Below are positions 43,251 to 57,169 of a stretch of 64,000 nucleotides of DNA, in pieces. Source of the stretch: the human T2T-CHM13v2.0 reference genome, Homo sapiens; the NCBI RefSeq assembly GCF_009914755.1, contig NC_060939.1, one strand, 5' to 3'. The notes beneath the pieces were generated by a model. It did not search any database. It was not told the origin of the DNA and saw nothing but the letters and a program-made list of their open reading frames with translations. How positions within the stretch are numbered: the stretch's first letter is position 1; every line of letters begins with the position of its first letter. A program made the translations under genes and the position numbers.

Positions 43251-46200
43251 TATTTGCCTGTTTGGTTTAACGAGGGATAGGGCTTAGAAGTGGTTGATGG
43301 GTAAAAGGAAAAAAAAAAGTTGTTGATGAATGGAAATAGCAGTGCCCCCATTCCACTCGCACCCACCGATGTATCCATGGCATCTAGGCGTTGGATACTG
43401 GTGAGTGGAGCTGGGCAGCATCCTCCCTTACGAATCCAGTTGCATCCATAAATTTACATAGGAGCAGACGAGCCTCCTGGGGTTGGGGAAAGAGGTTGGG
43501 ACTCGGACTCCTCATTGAGGATTCAAGTTATTGCAGTGTATATGATGAACTAAAGAGACCTCCCCAGGAGACCCATTGAAGTCAGATGACAAGGAAGGAC
43601 ACTGGGAGTTCCAGAGAGGAAATATGCCCTAAAGAAGAGGGAAGTTTAGACCAGTGTCCTGTACTGAGTATTGGGGTTTACCTTATCAGAACCACTCTTT
43701 CATGCTTATTCACTTTGCTACCGTGGGTCTCTTTGAGGGGAACTGGCTCTGTGTGTGTGTGTGGAGGGACAGAGCTGCATCATTATCAACAGACACTTGG
43801 TCACCAGGTCCCTTTGCTGAGGGACCCTCCTCATTGCTCCTGACAGGGCAGATGCATTCTTTAGCCTGGGCAAATCAGCAGAGAGGCTTTTGTAAAGTTT
43901 CAAGTCAGCAGACAAATGATGGGGGTCTGTCTCATGGACGGGGACAATGGCCATGCGAATTCTCTGGGCTATTTGGAGGGAAATCTTGACTTCTCTGCCA
44001 ACTTGACAAGGAGTGGAGAGGAATCATTGTAATTTGCATATCAATGACATTTTCTAGGCTTTTGGGTGTTCATAGCACACTCCAAATGGTCATAGCATCA
44101 GAAATTGGAAACAACCTAGATGATATGATGTTATGTTATGTAGCCATTTTCAAAAATCTGGTTTTTAATAGCAGAGAAAAATTAATCACTATTCACTGAT
44201 ATGTAGAAATGACAAGTTTTACAATACGAGCTTAATTTTACATATATCAATATACGTATATATAAAGAAAATTTATTTCTAAATATATGTGCCTATAAAA
44301 AAGACTGGAAGGAAGTATATTAAGGGTTCAGGAAGTTATTTCTGGATGATGTTATTGGCAATGTTTATTTTCTCTATTACATTTTTCAAATTTTGTAATG
44401 TCTATACTGAATACATATATTATTTATAATCAGAAGAACAATTTTGTAAAAAGAACATTATTATAAATAAAGTTGCTCTTTAAATAAAGCAAAAAATGCA
44501 TTTAGAGACAGGGAAAGAAAGCTAACATTTATTTCATGCCTACCATGTCCCAGGCCACCATACCAGATATTTATATATGTCAGCTCTGTTAAAAGTATCT
44601 TCTCCCATGGCCATCCTCTGGGAGTAGCAGGAGGTGTAGCTTGAGGTGGGGTCAGGCAAACCCACCCAGGGAAGGAATTTTTTCTCAAGAGCTGGGAAGC
44701 CCTTTCTTCCTTCTACTAAGCAGCTGGCCATCTGCCCACCAACCAGATCCTTCTCTTTGCCTTGGGTGAAACATCCACTCATTGGGCAAGGAAGGGGGCA
44801 GAGCCGTGGCTCACTGAAAATGTGACTGAAGCAGATACTGGAGCCCAGGCCAGCAGGGGCTTGAAACTATAGAGCAAGGAAGGCAACTTCAGGTATGAAA
44901 AGGGCAGTCAAGCACCAGAAAGGGTTAGACTGATATTGTGCCTGACCTGATGGTGGAAATAGGGCCTTTCTGAGTGGGTAGATTTGACCTTGGTGTAAGA
45001 AAGAACTTAGTCACTTGGAAGGTAATAAGCTTCCATTCTTAGAATTATGCAAGGGGTTCCTGCCTGGAAGGTGCAGAGGAGACTCCTACACTGGGCAAGC
45101 GGGGGTGGCTCTGGAAACCTAATGATCTGTTCCAGTTTTGAGAGTCTATTACTCTCCATCCCACCATGCCCCAGATTCAGAAGACAGCTTGCTCACCCTG
45201 TCAGCTGCTGGAAGCATGTGGGAGAGGCCTTCCGGAGGCCAGGCCCACCTTTGTTGCCTAAGAGGTAGGTGGCTCTGACGGTGGGAACTTTACTAGGCAG
45301 GGAGGAGGGAACAGGGAAGGGCCAGCCTGGCCTAGTGAGGGAAATATGTGAGGAAGGTGGGCCTGTGGGCACCCGTAGGTCAGGACCTGTGGGTGGCCAT
45401 CCACTCGGCCTTTCTCAGAACCAGCCCTGAAACTCATCTCGTGGGGCAAGTCTGATGCGAACATGGAGTCTCTTGTCCTGGGTGGCTCTCACCTGCTAAT
45501 AGACACATCCTCACAAATGGTAGGTATTTAGGGAGCATGGTGATGGAGGATACAAAAAAAAAAAAAAAAAAACAACCACAAACCAAAGAGGCCAGTGACA
45601 AAAAGCTTACAACAACAACAGAAGTTCACAGGCAAGACCCATAAGACAAATGTAGAGGAAAGAGCAGGAGATCTAGAGTTAGAGAGACCCGAGTGCGTAT
45701 CTTGGCTCTGGCACTTACTGGGGCAGCAGTCAGCAATTACTTTATCTCTCTGAAACTCACTGTTCACTTTCCTCATCTGTAAAATGGAGTTAATAGTACT
45801 GATTTCATAGGATTGTTGTAAAGATTATATATTATATATACATAAACACCGTACATATACATCTGGCACACAGAATCTGGCATGTCATAAACCTTAATAA
45901 ATTGTCATGGTTACTGTTATTCTTTTTGCTACAGGACAAATAAATTGGAAAGAACTAACCGTAAGTGTACTTGGACCGCAAAGAACCTCAAGGTTGGCAT
46001 GGGCTGGAGAAGTCAGTGAAAGCTTTGTTCACTGATGACGGAGACATTTGAGCACCTCCTAAATGCTAGGCACTGTGCTACAGGTTCCGAGTATCAAAAT
46101 CAACATGGTGCCTGCTCTTGGGAAGCTTCTAGTGAAGTAGCTTTGAAAGAAAATAATTTCTAACCATCAACTGCGATAAGAATCAGGAAGGAAAGTAACA

Positions 46201-46515
46201 GGGTGCTACGAAAGACGGGAACGGATTCTGATTTGGGGAGACGTCAGGGATGACCTCCCAGAGGAAGCAGCCTTGAAGCTGAAACCTGTAGGAAAATCGG
46301 GGTTAGCTACATGCGGGCTGCGGGGAGAGTCCCCCAGGCTGAAGGTACAGCAGTGCAAGGCGTTGAGGAGTGGAAAAGGCTGGCGTGTTCAGAAACTGAG
46401 CACCTGTGTCTGGGGCACGGTGAGGAAGGAGTGATGAGGTCAGAGAGGCCTTGGAAGCCATGGTCAAGATTTGGGATTTTATCTTAAGAAACTGGATGCC
46501 ACCGAAGGGTATTAA

Positions 46516-46782
46516 GCAAGGACAAAAAACCAAACACCGCATGTTCTCACTCACAGGTGAGAACTGAACAATGAGAACACTTGGACACAGGGTGGGGAAC
46601 ATCACACGCTGGGGCCTGTTGTGGGATGGGGGGAGGGGGGAGGGATAGCATTAGGAGATATACCTAATGCTAAATGATGAGTTAATGAGTGCAGCACACC
46701 AACGTGGCATGTGTATACATATGTAACAAACCTGCATGTTGTGCACATGTACCCTAAAACTTAAAGTATAATAAAAAAAAAA
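46516..46782 (+). mobile_element. L1PA 3' end, 5'-truncated, inserted in L2
   Basis: CCAAACACCGCATGTTCTCACTC...GTACCCTAAAACTTAAAGTATAATAAAAA. Confidence 0.93.
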
Positions 46783-46972
46783 GAAAGGAAGTGATGTGAA
46801 TGAGATCATCTGGCTGCTGGGTGGGGACAGAATTGGGCAGGACAGGGACAGGAAGATGTGTTGTAGTGGCTCAGATGGGAAGCAAATGGTCACTTGGGCC
46901 CGGGTAGGGGGCAGAGATGGAAGCAGTGGTGGACTCGAGAGGTATTTCTGAGCAGAACCTACACGGCATGGT

Positions 46973-47066
46973 GATAGATTAGATATGAGGGCATCCAGTG
47001 GGCTTCAGTGACCCGGCAGGATAGATTAGATATGAGGGCATCCAGTGGGCTCCAGTGACCCAGCAG
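46973..47066 (+). repeat. 47-bp tandem duplication
   Basis: GATAGATTAGATATGAGGGCATCCAGTGGGCT(T/C)CAGTGACCC(G/A)GCAG twice. Confidence 0.95.
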
Positions 47067-47749
47067 GTGAAGGTACACAGGGCTGGTCTTGAAGGGGAGG
47101 CTGTCAAGATCCCACGTGGAGGCCGGTGGGGAGTCTCAGGGGGCTGAGCCTTGAGTTAGGGGCAAGGTTTGGAAAGGTGGCAGCTGGGGAAGGGAGACCC
47201 TCTACGATGGGAGGTAGCAGAACTGGGGAAAGAAGTAGGAATGAGCTTGCCTCACTCCACGTGGGTGGCACAGAGTAGGGCAAGCCCTGCTGGGAGGGAA
47301 GGGCATGAGCTGGGGGCCAAGAGTGTGAAACCGGGAGGATGGGGTGGGGTGGGGCCCCTGGAGTGGGCGGAGGCCTCTGCCTCTCATGAGATGCAAGAGA
47401 TAGTAGGGAGCTGTTAGGTTCCCAGGCCAGCAGCCAGCCACCCAGGCAGCACCGGCACTCCACGGCAGTGCCGGGGGATGAAAAGGCATGAACAAGCAGC
47501 TGCAGAGCTTGTGCTTTCTGAGAGTATTTACTGACCACCTGCTCTGTGCTCAGAAAGATAACGGGATGTTTATGGAAAAAGTCTCTTGGCTCCCAGGACA
47601 CCACTTTCTCATGGGTTGCTTCCAGCCTCACTGCCTGCTGCTTTGCATCTACTCTGATGGCTCTTCATCCTTGCCGGGCATCTGAAAGGTGGAAAACGGG
47701 AGAGCACAGACTTCTTCCCCTTCGCTTCTGTCTCTTTATCCTTTAGAGA

Positions 47750-48745
47750 TGTCATCCAGCTCCATGGCTTAAAAACCTTCTACATTCTGCTTTATGATTT
47801 CAAACAGATTTCCTCCTCAACTTGTCTCCTGAGTTCCAGACTTGTATTTTCAACGGCCCACCTGACATCTCTGCTTAGATGTGAATCTCAAGTTTAAAAT
47901 GCCAAAGACAGAGGCACCCAGACCGCTCCACCCCAACCAATTCTATCCTAGCTGAGTAAGGGGCATCTCTCAGTTACTAAGGCAAAAACTCACTAGGCAT
48001 CTGTGATTCCTCCTTCCATATCCAGTGTGTCCCAAGTCCTGTAAATTCGACCTCCAGGAAACCCAGAATCCATCCACTCCTACTGTCCAATGCTACCACC
48101 CCTAACCAAGCCACCTCCATTTCTCTCTGGACCACAGCAAATGCCTTCTCACTTGGCCCGCACTTCCCCTCTGGCCCCCAGGAAATCCATGCTCCACAAA
48201 ACAGACAAAGTGATGCAGGTAAAACATAAAACAGATCAAGTCAGTCCTCAGGTTAAAGCCCTCCATGGGCTCCCCCTGTCTTTTGGAACAAAATCAAAGC
48301 TGCTTTCCGCAGCATCCGGTCCATAAGGCCCGGACTTCACCTCCCAATGCTTTCTTCCTTGCTTTCCCTGCTCTCTGCTCTCCAGTCACCCTGGTTTTCT
48401 CCCTGTTTCTACAAAAGGTCAACCTTGTGTCCACCTCAGGGCCTTTGCACTTAGAATGTGCTCTTTCTGGAATACTTGCCATCAATCTTCTCATCATTCG
48501 GATCTTAGTTCAAATGTCACCCTCTTCTGATGTCCCCTCCCTGCTGCCTGTCACTCGCTGTCACATTTTGTCCTAATAGCACCAATATCAGAAATAGTCA
48601 GATATTTATTTACTGTCTCCCACATTGAAATGTAAGTTTCGTGAGAGCTGGATCTTGTCTGACCTGCTCAGTGCTCTCTCTCCCACTCCTAGAACAATAC
48701 TAGGTGCATAGTGGGAGCTCAGTAAATATTTGTTCAATGAATGAA
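47750..48745 (+). mobile_element. L2 LINE 3' fragment
   Basis: Typical L2 end CTCAGTAAATATTTGTTCAATGAATGAA. Confidence 0.75.
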
Positions 48746-49050
48746 AAAATGCTTTGGATGTGGTCCCAGGTCTTCTTGAGGGAGTGTGACAAGCCACATG
48801 AGAAGTTATCTAAGAACACAGGGCAGGAGATGGTAACTCCTCCACAGGGCAGGAGATGCGGTGATTCAAAGGTAATCTGATAAGCTGATATTTGCTTTAG
48901 GGTTACTGGATGACAATATGCTACTCAGTAATGGGAGCCTCCAACTGGCCCCAGAAAAGAGGAAGGCCTGATCCATAGGGGTGGTCCTGGAGGGAATCCT
49001 TCAAGGACCAAAATGGAGGGCAGATGAGGAGCTATTTGAAGACTGGTGAG

Positions 49051-49583
49051 TGTCTCAGTCCATTTTATGCTACTATAACAGAATATCTGAGACTGGGTAA
49101 TTTATAAAGAACAGAAATCTATTTCTTTAAAATATGTTTTTGGCAGGTAGAGGTGGGGTGTCACTATGTTGACCAGGCTGAACTCCTGACCTCAAGTGAT
49201 GATCCTGTCTTGGCCTCTCAAAATGCTGGGATAATGGGTGTGACCCACAGCACCTGACCAAGAACAGAGATTATTTCTTATAGCTCCAGAGGCTGGGAAG
49301 TCTAAGGTCAAGGGGTCCACATCTGGCAAGGGCCTTCTTGCTGTGTCATTCCATGGTGGAGGGCAGAAGGGCAAGAGAGCACAAGAGAGAGCAACAGGGT
49401 GCAGAACTCACTTTTATAACAATCCCACTCTCAGTGACTCCCATGAAAACGACATGAATTCATCCATGAGGGCAGCAGCCTCATGACCGAATCCCCTCCC
49501 AAATGTCCCACCTCTCAACAGTGTTGCGTTAGGGATTAAGTTTCCAACACATGACCTTTGGGGGGCATATTCAGACCATAGCG
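49051..49583 (-). mobile_element. MST/MLT1A-type MaLR LTR with an inserted Alu monomer (~49128-49259)
   Basis: MaLR termini; AAGAACAGA(A/G)AT..ATTTCTT duplicated around the monomer. Confidence 0.8.
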
Positions 49584-50004
49584 GTGGGTCCTTGCAGTTC
49601 CCCCAAATCTGCCACGTAAGTAATCGAAGATTCCACTGTTACCCAGTGTGCACACATTCCCCAAGCCTACATGTCCCCCATTCATACATATATACACACC
49701 CTCTTGCAGAGCTGGTGGTGACTCTTTTTATCATGTTCAGATATTTCACAAAGGTCTCAGGGAATGACCAATTGGCCAGTCTCTGAGAAATTCCATGGAA
49801 ATTTGCAAAAATAAAACACCTATAAAAACTGACATTTCATCTCAAAAATCCTAATAAATTTTGTTGCATACATATGCACAATAGAATATTATTTAGCCAC
49901 TAAAATGATACGAAGTTTAGGTAGCAAGATAGAAAATATTAATGACTATAATTTTAGGCTAACCCCCCTCCCGGGCATAGATATGGTATAAATATTATGC
50001 CATA

Positions 50005-50349
50005 TTGTTATGCTCTGCATAATGACGGTTTGGTTAACAATGGACCACATATATGATGGTGGTCCTGTAAGATCAGAATATACTTTTTTTACTGTAGCCT
50101 CTCTATATTTAGATACATTTAGGTATGCAAATACTTACTGTGTTACAATTGCCTACAGTGTTCAGTACAGTAACAGGCTGTACAGGTTTGCAGCCTAGGA
50201 GCAAAAGGCTACACCATATAACCTAGGTGTGTAGTGAGCTATGCTACCTAGGTTTGTGTGCACACACTCTGTGATGTTTGCAAAATGATGAAATTGCCTA
50301 ATGATGCATTTCTCAGAACATGTCCCTGTTGTTAAGCAACACATGACTG
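50005..50349 (+). mobile_element. Tigger3a-like DNA transposon
   Basis: Internal GTTACAATTGCCTACAGT..CAGTACAGTAACA; ends CATGACTG+TA. Confidence 0.85.
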
Positions 50350-52508
50350 TAGTTATCGTATTGGGTTAATGGGATTATAGTGGATTGGCCCTTTATGTTT
50401 TCCAAACATTTTTAGAAATTACTTTACACATATCAAAATTAAAATATTAAAATTAAATACAATGTCTTTTTGTGGTCGTCTGTGTCCCAGTCATGTGGGC
50501 CTTTCTGCTCCCCCTCAAGCAGCTGGAGAAAGACCAGGGGGCCATGGGTACAGCCTCATATGTGCACTGTGACAGGCATGGGGATGACGGGGCGGAGGGG
50601 AGAAATCACGGTAAAGTCATAGTGATAACAATGACAGCGAGCCGCATTGCTCCAACTTCATATGCCGCAGGCACTGTGCTAAACATGTTGTTTACTCCGC
50701 ACATCATTTTCCCCATAGAGGGAGAAACTGAAGTTCAAAGAGGCTAAGGAGCTTGTCTGAGGTTACAGGGCTGGCAAATGACAGAGCAAGGGATTGAAGC
50801 TGGTATAACTCCAGAGCCCGTGCTCTTCACCACTTGAATGAGGCCAATAATTTCACAAATATTAAGCCATTATGTTTTCGTTGCTCCCAAAACCTTTCAG
50901 CTGCCACTTCTAGGTGTGAGTCAGGAGGCTGAAGATGCCAGGGCAGGCAAGGGCAGGCCATTAACCTCGTTAGCAAGACAGCAGGGGAGACAGCTCGCCC
51001 CAGTTCCCATCCCCCTCCAGCGTATCAACAGCAGGCCTAGCCGATGAGACACAGAGACTTCTAGAACGGAGGCAGAGTCAGGAAGAGGAAGGGAAGAAGC
51101 ACCTGCTCACCGGAGACAGGGAGACTGCAGAAGATGAGCTCTTGTGGGAATGGTGGGATAGTGTGGGGCAGAGACATCAAGGGAAACCCTGGGGCGGGGC
51201 TCTTGACCCCTCTTCACATGTGACTCTGGGAAGTGCCACCAGCAGAGGCCCGAGCCTCCAGTCCACCTGGGTTAAGGGATGGAGGCTGAACTCACTTTTA
51301 TAACAATCTCACTCTCTCAGTTACTCACTCCCATGATCATGACATGAATTCATCCATGCGGGCAGCGGCCTCATGACCAAATCCCCTCCTAAGGGTCCCA
51401 CGTCTCAACACTGTTGCATTGGGGATTAAGTTTCCAACACATGAATGCTGGGGGACATACTCCCCCAGTATGGAGGATGGTCCCCCAATATGGAGGACCG
51501 GGTCATCCCCAAGCAGCCCTCAGTTACCTGTGTGATGGATGCTGTGGTAGGTATGAAGTGGGACCTTCTGGATCCAGACAAGGTGACTCTGTGGTTGGGG
51601 CTCAGGATGGACCCTCCAAGCCAGGGGCCAGATAGAAGGAGGCAGAGACCAGAGGGGTCCATAGGAGGTGAGGGGATCTTGGCCAGTTCTCCCTGTAAGC
51701 CAGGCCTCGGCTGGCAGGAGGAAGCGAGGCTCACTCCCTGCAGAGCTCAGTCTGGTGCCACCGCTAAGACCATAGCAGCCAGAGGGGCAGAGGAATGCTG
51801 TCACCTCCCCAAATCACTGAGAGCCTCCCAGAAGCTCACACGCCCGCCCAGAGGAGAAACTGCACGAGGCAGACCTGGATCACCTGATAATTACCTTCAG
51901 ATGCTGTTTGATTTCTGTAGCCCACTCAATTTACCAGATGGGAATTGCGTATTTGCTCATAGGTGGGGTTTGCGAGGTAAGCCAGATCTATGTGTTCCCT
52001 CCAACTCTCTCTGACTCGCATGGAATTACACTTACGACCCTGCCAGGCCACTATGCTAGACTGCATGGTTCGAGAGCCTATGTGACAGGCACTCTGCCAG
52101 GGGCTTCACATGCATGGTCTTGTTCACTCTTCTCAGCATCGTGTTGACAAATATCTTCCATCTCAGGTGCCCATGAAACTAGCTATGTGGCCTTGGGCAG
52201 GTTCCTTGACCTGTCTGTGCTTCAGTTTCTTCATCAAATGCAGATACTGATTCCTGCCTAGCAATATCAGTGCATAGAATGCACTTGATAAAAGGTCACC
52301 ACTGTTGTTAACAGTTCTTTTGAGCACAGAGGGAGGTAAGGACAGATAGGTGATGGCAGCAGGGTAAAGGGACTCCTCCGGAGAGAAAGAAATGAACAAA
52401 AACCACAACCTCTTAACTCTGCAGCAATGCAGGTGATCTTATTCCGAGTCAGGAAAGTGAGGTTAAAATTTAAGGGACCAGACCCCCCTCCCAGGAACAC
52501 AGACATAC

Positions 52509-52691
52509 CTCAGAGCCCCAAGGAGCCATAGGACAGAAAGGTGGGAGACCAGGAGTGTCCAGGTCCTGTGTATCCTCGAACTCACTGAAACTTCTTCCTG
52601 ACCTGCTGCCTTCTTCATCCGTTTGTGGGCTCTGTGGGACAAACACATTAGTTCCCAGGCCAGGACAGCCTTCCGAGGCCTGGAGACTCAT
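52509..52691 (-). CDS. PLA2G4E: cPLA2-epsilon coding exon 1 (MSLQASEG...PWGSE, 61 aa)
   Basis: ATG at 52691; 183 nt; donor GAG|GTATGT, phase 0. Confidence 0.93.
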
Positions 52692-53450
52692 CCCAGCCTC
52701 CTCTCTGGGACTCAGGACGGGCTGTGTGGAGCTGAGGCTGGTCCTCAAAGTAAGGTGTTGTTGGAGCCTCCTGGGGTAATTTCAAGGGAGTTTTGTGTGA
52801 AAGGGAAGCAGTGCCACCAGACTCCTCCTGAAGCTAAGCCAGGATGAATTATTAAGGAGCTGAAGGAAGCCAGGGCTTAACTAAAGGAGCCCCACGTCTA
52901 TCTCTGTGAATATTTCAAACCATCTGGACCTATTTTGTGGAGAGAAATTTCTTGCGCTGCCTGAAAGACAAGTAGGGAGCTAGCATTATGCTCACATAGG
53001 ACAGTTCTCCGTCAAGGGAGGCCTGCGTTTCAGGGCTGGGATCCACGCTCAGAGAAAGCTTCTTAGTGCTGCAGAGCTATTTTTAAAGTGCGAAACTCAA
53101 TATGTCAGTGGGAGAGGGAGGGAGAGAGGGCTGGGGGTGAAATGGCTGAGGCCATCCAGGCCCCTGAAGGAGCCTCACTTTCCTGGGTGGGTGAAGCCAC
53201 TCATTTGGGTCTTGCCTGACACCCCCAGATCTCTATTTTAACCCCTGAAAATAAATACCTAGCCTTGTGTTCAGAGCTGATGGTGGGGCCACAGGCCAGA
53301 ATAGAATTTAATCATTTACTCTGGCTCTCTTTGGTTTAATAGATGCCATATCTGGCAGCTTAACGGGGATGTGTCCTAGTTCCATGTTAAAAACAAAAAT
53401 TAAAAAAAAATTAAGAACGCTTCTTTATGTTCTGTTTACAACTGTTTTTA

Positions 53451-53910
<460 letters not shown>

Positions 53911-54456
53911 ACCAAGCAACAGCCAGACCCACACTTAGACTGACCAGTCATGTGTTTGGGTAGGAGACGGTTATAAAGTGTCATTTTTCCGTTTGTGCTA
54001 TATAGGAAAAAATAGCTTGAATGGCAGTGCTAATAAGGATAAAAGGAGTTGACATTCGTCAAGCACACACTTGGTTCCCTTACAAAGCAAAGGCAGTTTG
54101 GAATAAAACAATAAAAAGTAAACTTTGAAATAAAATAAATGGAAAATGCATTGTAAAAATATCAGTTTGGAATTGACTTGAAGAGTTGCCAGATCTCTTC
54201 CCTGCACCACATTTCACAGTTTACAAAGCTTGTTGGTTTACGTTTTCCATTTCTTAGGGGCCTTGTTCTGGAGGTCTTTACTAGAAGCCAGTGCCGGCAA
54301 GTGACTGGGGAAAAGGCAACTCTTCATGGAGGGAGTGTGCAGATGCCAGACATGGCTATAATATTTTACTTTTTATTTTGCCACAAGGGAGAAAGGAAGC
54401 TTGACATTGGAAGAAAAAAAGTTATGTGGATGGAGATATGTAGATACAAAGGTGTT

Positions 54457-54805
54457 TGAAATCAAGCTTCCTTGAAGTCAAAGAGAAAGTTATGTGTTAA
54501 GACCCAGAATAATTTCTGATTCAAGGTGAAGTTTTAGAATGTGAGAGGGAGACCTGGATTAGACTAAATATTGATAGGTGATGGTTTATTGTGCAATTAA
54601 AAAAACCACAAATTATCAGTTCTTTATCCAGTTTCCAGTGAGAATTACGTTCGTGAATAATCGGTGCAAAATAAAACCAACACCAGCTAATATTTCACGT
54701 GGTAAACTTTGAAAGAATCGTATCTTGGGGATAAAAAACCAACCTGGCAAAAAAAAAAAAAAACCCAAAAACAAACAAACAAACAAAAAAACAAAATTAG
54801 ACTTG
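54457..54805 (+). repeat. Local duplication unit A, copy 1
   Basis: ~93% identical to 55520-55830 by manual alignment. Confidence 0.95.
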
Positions 54806-55519
54806 CTAAGCAATAGTAGCCACAAAAGAAAATACACGAAGGTCAAGCTATAATGGAAAACTAGTGAGGATTAGTGAGTGGAATAACCAAGTGTACCTCG
54901 GTATTCTCATTTTTCTACATCTTACCTTGATTGTAATTTAAAAAATAAATACAGAGATCAGAATGGGGTCGTTCAAGATTTCTTTTGGTAGATGTGTTTT
55001 GTGCTTAGTCAAGGTGAAAGGATGCCCAGGCACTGCCATTCAGAGGTCTCTGCCCTGTCCGGGGCATCTGGGGGGCACCTGGAAGAGGTCTCTTCCTCAT
55101 AGCTCTGCCCACCCCACTGTGCAGGTGAGACCCAGAATGGACGCTGCTTTGAGGCAGCTGACCAGTGGGATCTGACCTGGAGCAGCTGGTGGTGGCCAGG
55201 GCTGAGAGCCAGGATGAGTGTGGAGGTGGTAGCACGCTGGAGAGTGAGCAGAGAGGGCAGCTTCGCTGGTAGACTGTGTGTGGGGCCCAGGCAGGGAGGA
55301 GCCAGGCTTCCTTTCCCTGTTCTTGGGACATCCTCTCTCCTGTTCTTTCTTCCTGCCCTTGAAGACCCTCCTGTTGCTTGGGTTATTTTTCTCTCCCGTG
55401 GTCTGACTCCAGGACTTCTCCAAGCCAGGAACTATGGTGACAGATAGACAGGCAGACAGGGTGAGAAAGGGGACCCTCTCTGCAGACCCTCAGGAACTTA
55501 GTGCCAGGGGAGGGGGCTC

Positions 55520-55830
55520 TGAAGTCAAGCTTCCTTGAAGTCAAAGAGAAAGTTATGTGTAAGACCCAGAATAACTTCTGATTCGAGGTAAACTTTTAGA
55601 ATTTGAGAGGGAGACCTGGATTAGACTAAATATTGATAGGTGATGGTTTATTGTGCAATTGAAAAAAACACAAATTATCAGTTCTTTATCCAGTTTCCAG
55701 TGAGAATTACTTTTGTGAATAATCAATGCAAAATAAAACCAACACCAGCTCACATTTCACATGGTAAACTTTGAAAGAATCATATCTTGGGGATAAAAAA
55801 AGCAATCTGGCAAAAAAAAAATTAGACTTG
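55520..55830 (+). repeat. Local duplication unit A, copy 2
   Basis: Direct copy of 54457-54805 lacking the CAAA expansion. Confidence 0.95.
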
Positions 55831-56177
55831 GGCACAGGGGCAGGAGCAGAGACGAGCCCTCATGTCATTTCCAGATTGGTGTCAGGGAGTATCTGAATGT
55901 TTATCCTTTTAAAATGTTTCTAGGGGATGTCTCCAGGCCTTGTTGAGCTTAGTCTCCTGTAAAATTCACCTCCTACAAATTAAAAATAAAAGCCAAACAA
56001 AGAATTTTAACCTCAGCTGAAATAACAGCTCCAACAAACATTCTTGCACTGAGCACCATGTGCCCGGAATCCCTCAAGGGCACCTGGCCACTGGTCCTGC
56101 CAAATTCCCCACTTCCCTGCCCAGCCAGGCCCTGGGTGGCCCCACAGTTGGCCACTCCTAGAATAGGCTCCACAGGA

Positions 56178-56321
56178 CTATGTGTATTTTTTGTATTTGT
56201 TAGTTTTTTTTTCTTATTCAATTCCTAAAATGGAAGATCTACAGGTGGATAGAACGCTCACTAAGTAAGTCCTCAGCTTCCAAAACCTAGAGGCACACTA
56301 TTACCCTACACATTTAGTTAA
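56178..56321 (+). repeat. Inverted repeat B, left arm
   Basis: Near-perfect reverse complement of 57682-57826. Confidence 0.96.
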
Positions 56322-56421
56322 GGGAAAATGGAAAGGAGAAAAGGAGGGAGGGAAGGAGGAGACAGAGGAAAGAAAGAAAAGCAAGGCAAGGCCTGGAAAG
56401 ATTTGCAGAAGTAATGACAGC

Positions 56422-56694
56422 TTTTTTCTTTTTTTTTGGAGACATAGTCTCACTGTGTCACCCAGGCTGGAGTACAGTGGCATGATCTCAACTCACTGCA
56501 ACCTCCAGGTGCCAGAGATTCTCCTACCTCAGGATCCCGAGTAGCTGGGATTACAGGCACATTTTTATATTTTTAGTAGAGATGGGGTTTTGCCATGTTG
56601 GCCAAGCTGGTCTTGAACTCCTGACCTCAAGTGATCCGCCTGCCTGCACCTCCCAAAGTGTTGGGATCACAGGCGTGAGCCACCGCACCTGACC
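56422..56694 (-). mobile_element. Alu with internal deletions
   Basis: TSD AGTAA(T/C)GACAGCTTTT. Confidence 0.92.
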
Positions 56695-57169
56695 AGTAAC
56701 GACAGCTTTTAATGGTGAAAAACAGAACAAGCTGAGAAGGCTACAGTGAGGACTGGAATGTTGGGCTCTGATGTGTGGCTTTGATGTGTATATGTTTGAG
56801 CTTCTCCCTTTTTTACATCCCTGGGGAAATTTTAACTTCATTCTGTTAAGCTTAAATGCTTTTATGAGAAGTATCCTAATTTAATAAAGTCTTATCTAGA
56901 AAACGTTTTATGAAAAATACCTAAGATGTAGAATAGGGAGTAGAATAGAATCTGGTGGGTAAAAGTGGGCTGTATACATAATTTTAAAGAAAAGAAAAAG
57001 AGAAAAATGTATTTTCTGGAGCAAATTCAATTAAGCCAATTTAATTTCTTGATCTTCTTGATTATTTTTAATAGAATAATACTTAGCAATTTCCAGTTTT
57101 GCTGCTTATCTTCGTTGGGACCAAGTCTTTTCCACACACCATGAAATCATACCCTTTATGATGGGTTTT

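Noticed and set aside
52845-52856. TATA-like TAATAA ~160 bp upstream of the ATG
   Set aside because: Weak match and TSS unknown
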